Of a DNA stretch of 64,000 nucleotides, positions 63,688 to 64,000 are shown one piece after another. Origin of the DNA: Patescibacteria group bacterium (lineage in GTDB: Bacteria > Patescibacteriota > Patescibacteriia > UBA9934); assembly GCA_041661425.1 (NCBI GenBank), contig JBAZUI010000003.1, positions 10,446 through 74,445 on the forward strand. Reading direction: 5' to 3'. A program made the translations under genes and the position numbers. Numbering within the stretch: the first letter of the stretch is position 1; each line of letters opens with the position of its first letter. The notes beneath the pieces were generated by a model, which saw nothing but the letters and a program-made list of their open reading frames with translations, was not told the origin of the DNA and did not search any database.

Positions 63688-64000
63688 TAAATCGGTATTT
63701 TGTGGGGGGACTTTGTTTCTGTGCATTGATTTTGGGAGGGGCAGGTTGCCAAGGAGAAGAAGCATCTCTCCAAGGCATTGAAACCACGGGTGATACCGTG
63801 GCGACAGTGGAAACCGAAACTTCCGTTTTTACTTATTCAGGGATTCTTGATTCAAATCAACTTATGGATAAACAAGTTCGCATTGCAACCGCCAAAGGAG
63901 ATATTGTGATTCAGCTTTTCCCTGATACGGCGCCAAAAGCGGTCTCGAATTTCATCTCACTCACGCAAAATGGTTTTTATAATAATTTAACCTTCCATCG
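63684..64000 (+). CDS. Cyclophilin-type peptidyl-prolyl isomerase lipoprotein (runs off the window)
   Basis: GGAG|C lipobox; TAKGDIVIQLFPDTAPKAVSNFISL..GFYNNLTFHR. Confidence 0.88.
   Translation, partial: MINRYFVGGLCFCALILGGAGCQGEEASLQGIETTGDTVATVETETSVFTYSGILDSNQLMDKQVRIATAKGDIVIQLFPDTAPKAVSNFISLTQNGFYNNLTFH

Noticed and set aside
1-64000. Alternative genetic code (TGA recoding as in Gracilibacteria)
   Set aside because: Conserved genes are full length under code 11 and several end in TGA.

Overview
Chromosomal window of a Patescibacteria (CPR) bacterium, most like an Uhrbacteria/Magasanikbacteria-type Parcubacterium. This is an inference from the VirB2-pilin-fused giant surface proteins, the GAGC-type lipobox, the mostly SD-less short leaders and the gene set. 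Background GC is about 45-48% by eye. Contents in order: a PD-(D/E)XK nuclease; a surface-protein cluster including a ~3,145-aa pilin/Ig/Cys-rich/vWA protein; ybeY-dgkA-ftsA-ftsZ-nrdR-pyk; an 1,832-aa beta-propeller/M14 peptidase; a type IV pilus operon; tRNA-Asp; infC-rpmI-rplT; tmRNA-smpB; rpsB-tsf; gap-pgk-eno; a lexA/dinB SOS locus; and a degenerate metK. The standout signal is four genes in two modules (38430-41782 and 49416-52016) with sharply higher GC, and almost only G/C third codon positions in three of them. They encode diderm/Myxococcota-style envelope proteins, including an outer-membrane beta-barrel-like protein and an LSAC lipoprotein with MopE-type repeats. Three have their own AT-rich, resident-style TTGACA-17-TGn/-10 promoter. 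All four have a strong Shine-Dalgarno and a TAG stop, and the modules carry long structured leaders/spacers and long 3' hairpins, with no integrase or att sites. Beside module 2 is a stand-alone ~95-nt rod-shaped sRNA whose loop is an anti-SD (CCUCCUCCU). Hypothesis: these are host-codon-adapted transcripts or effectors of an episymbiont aimed at a high-GC diderm host. Intergenic spaces also hold several families of REP-like palindromes with nested mini-insertions and covarying structure.
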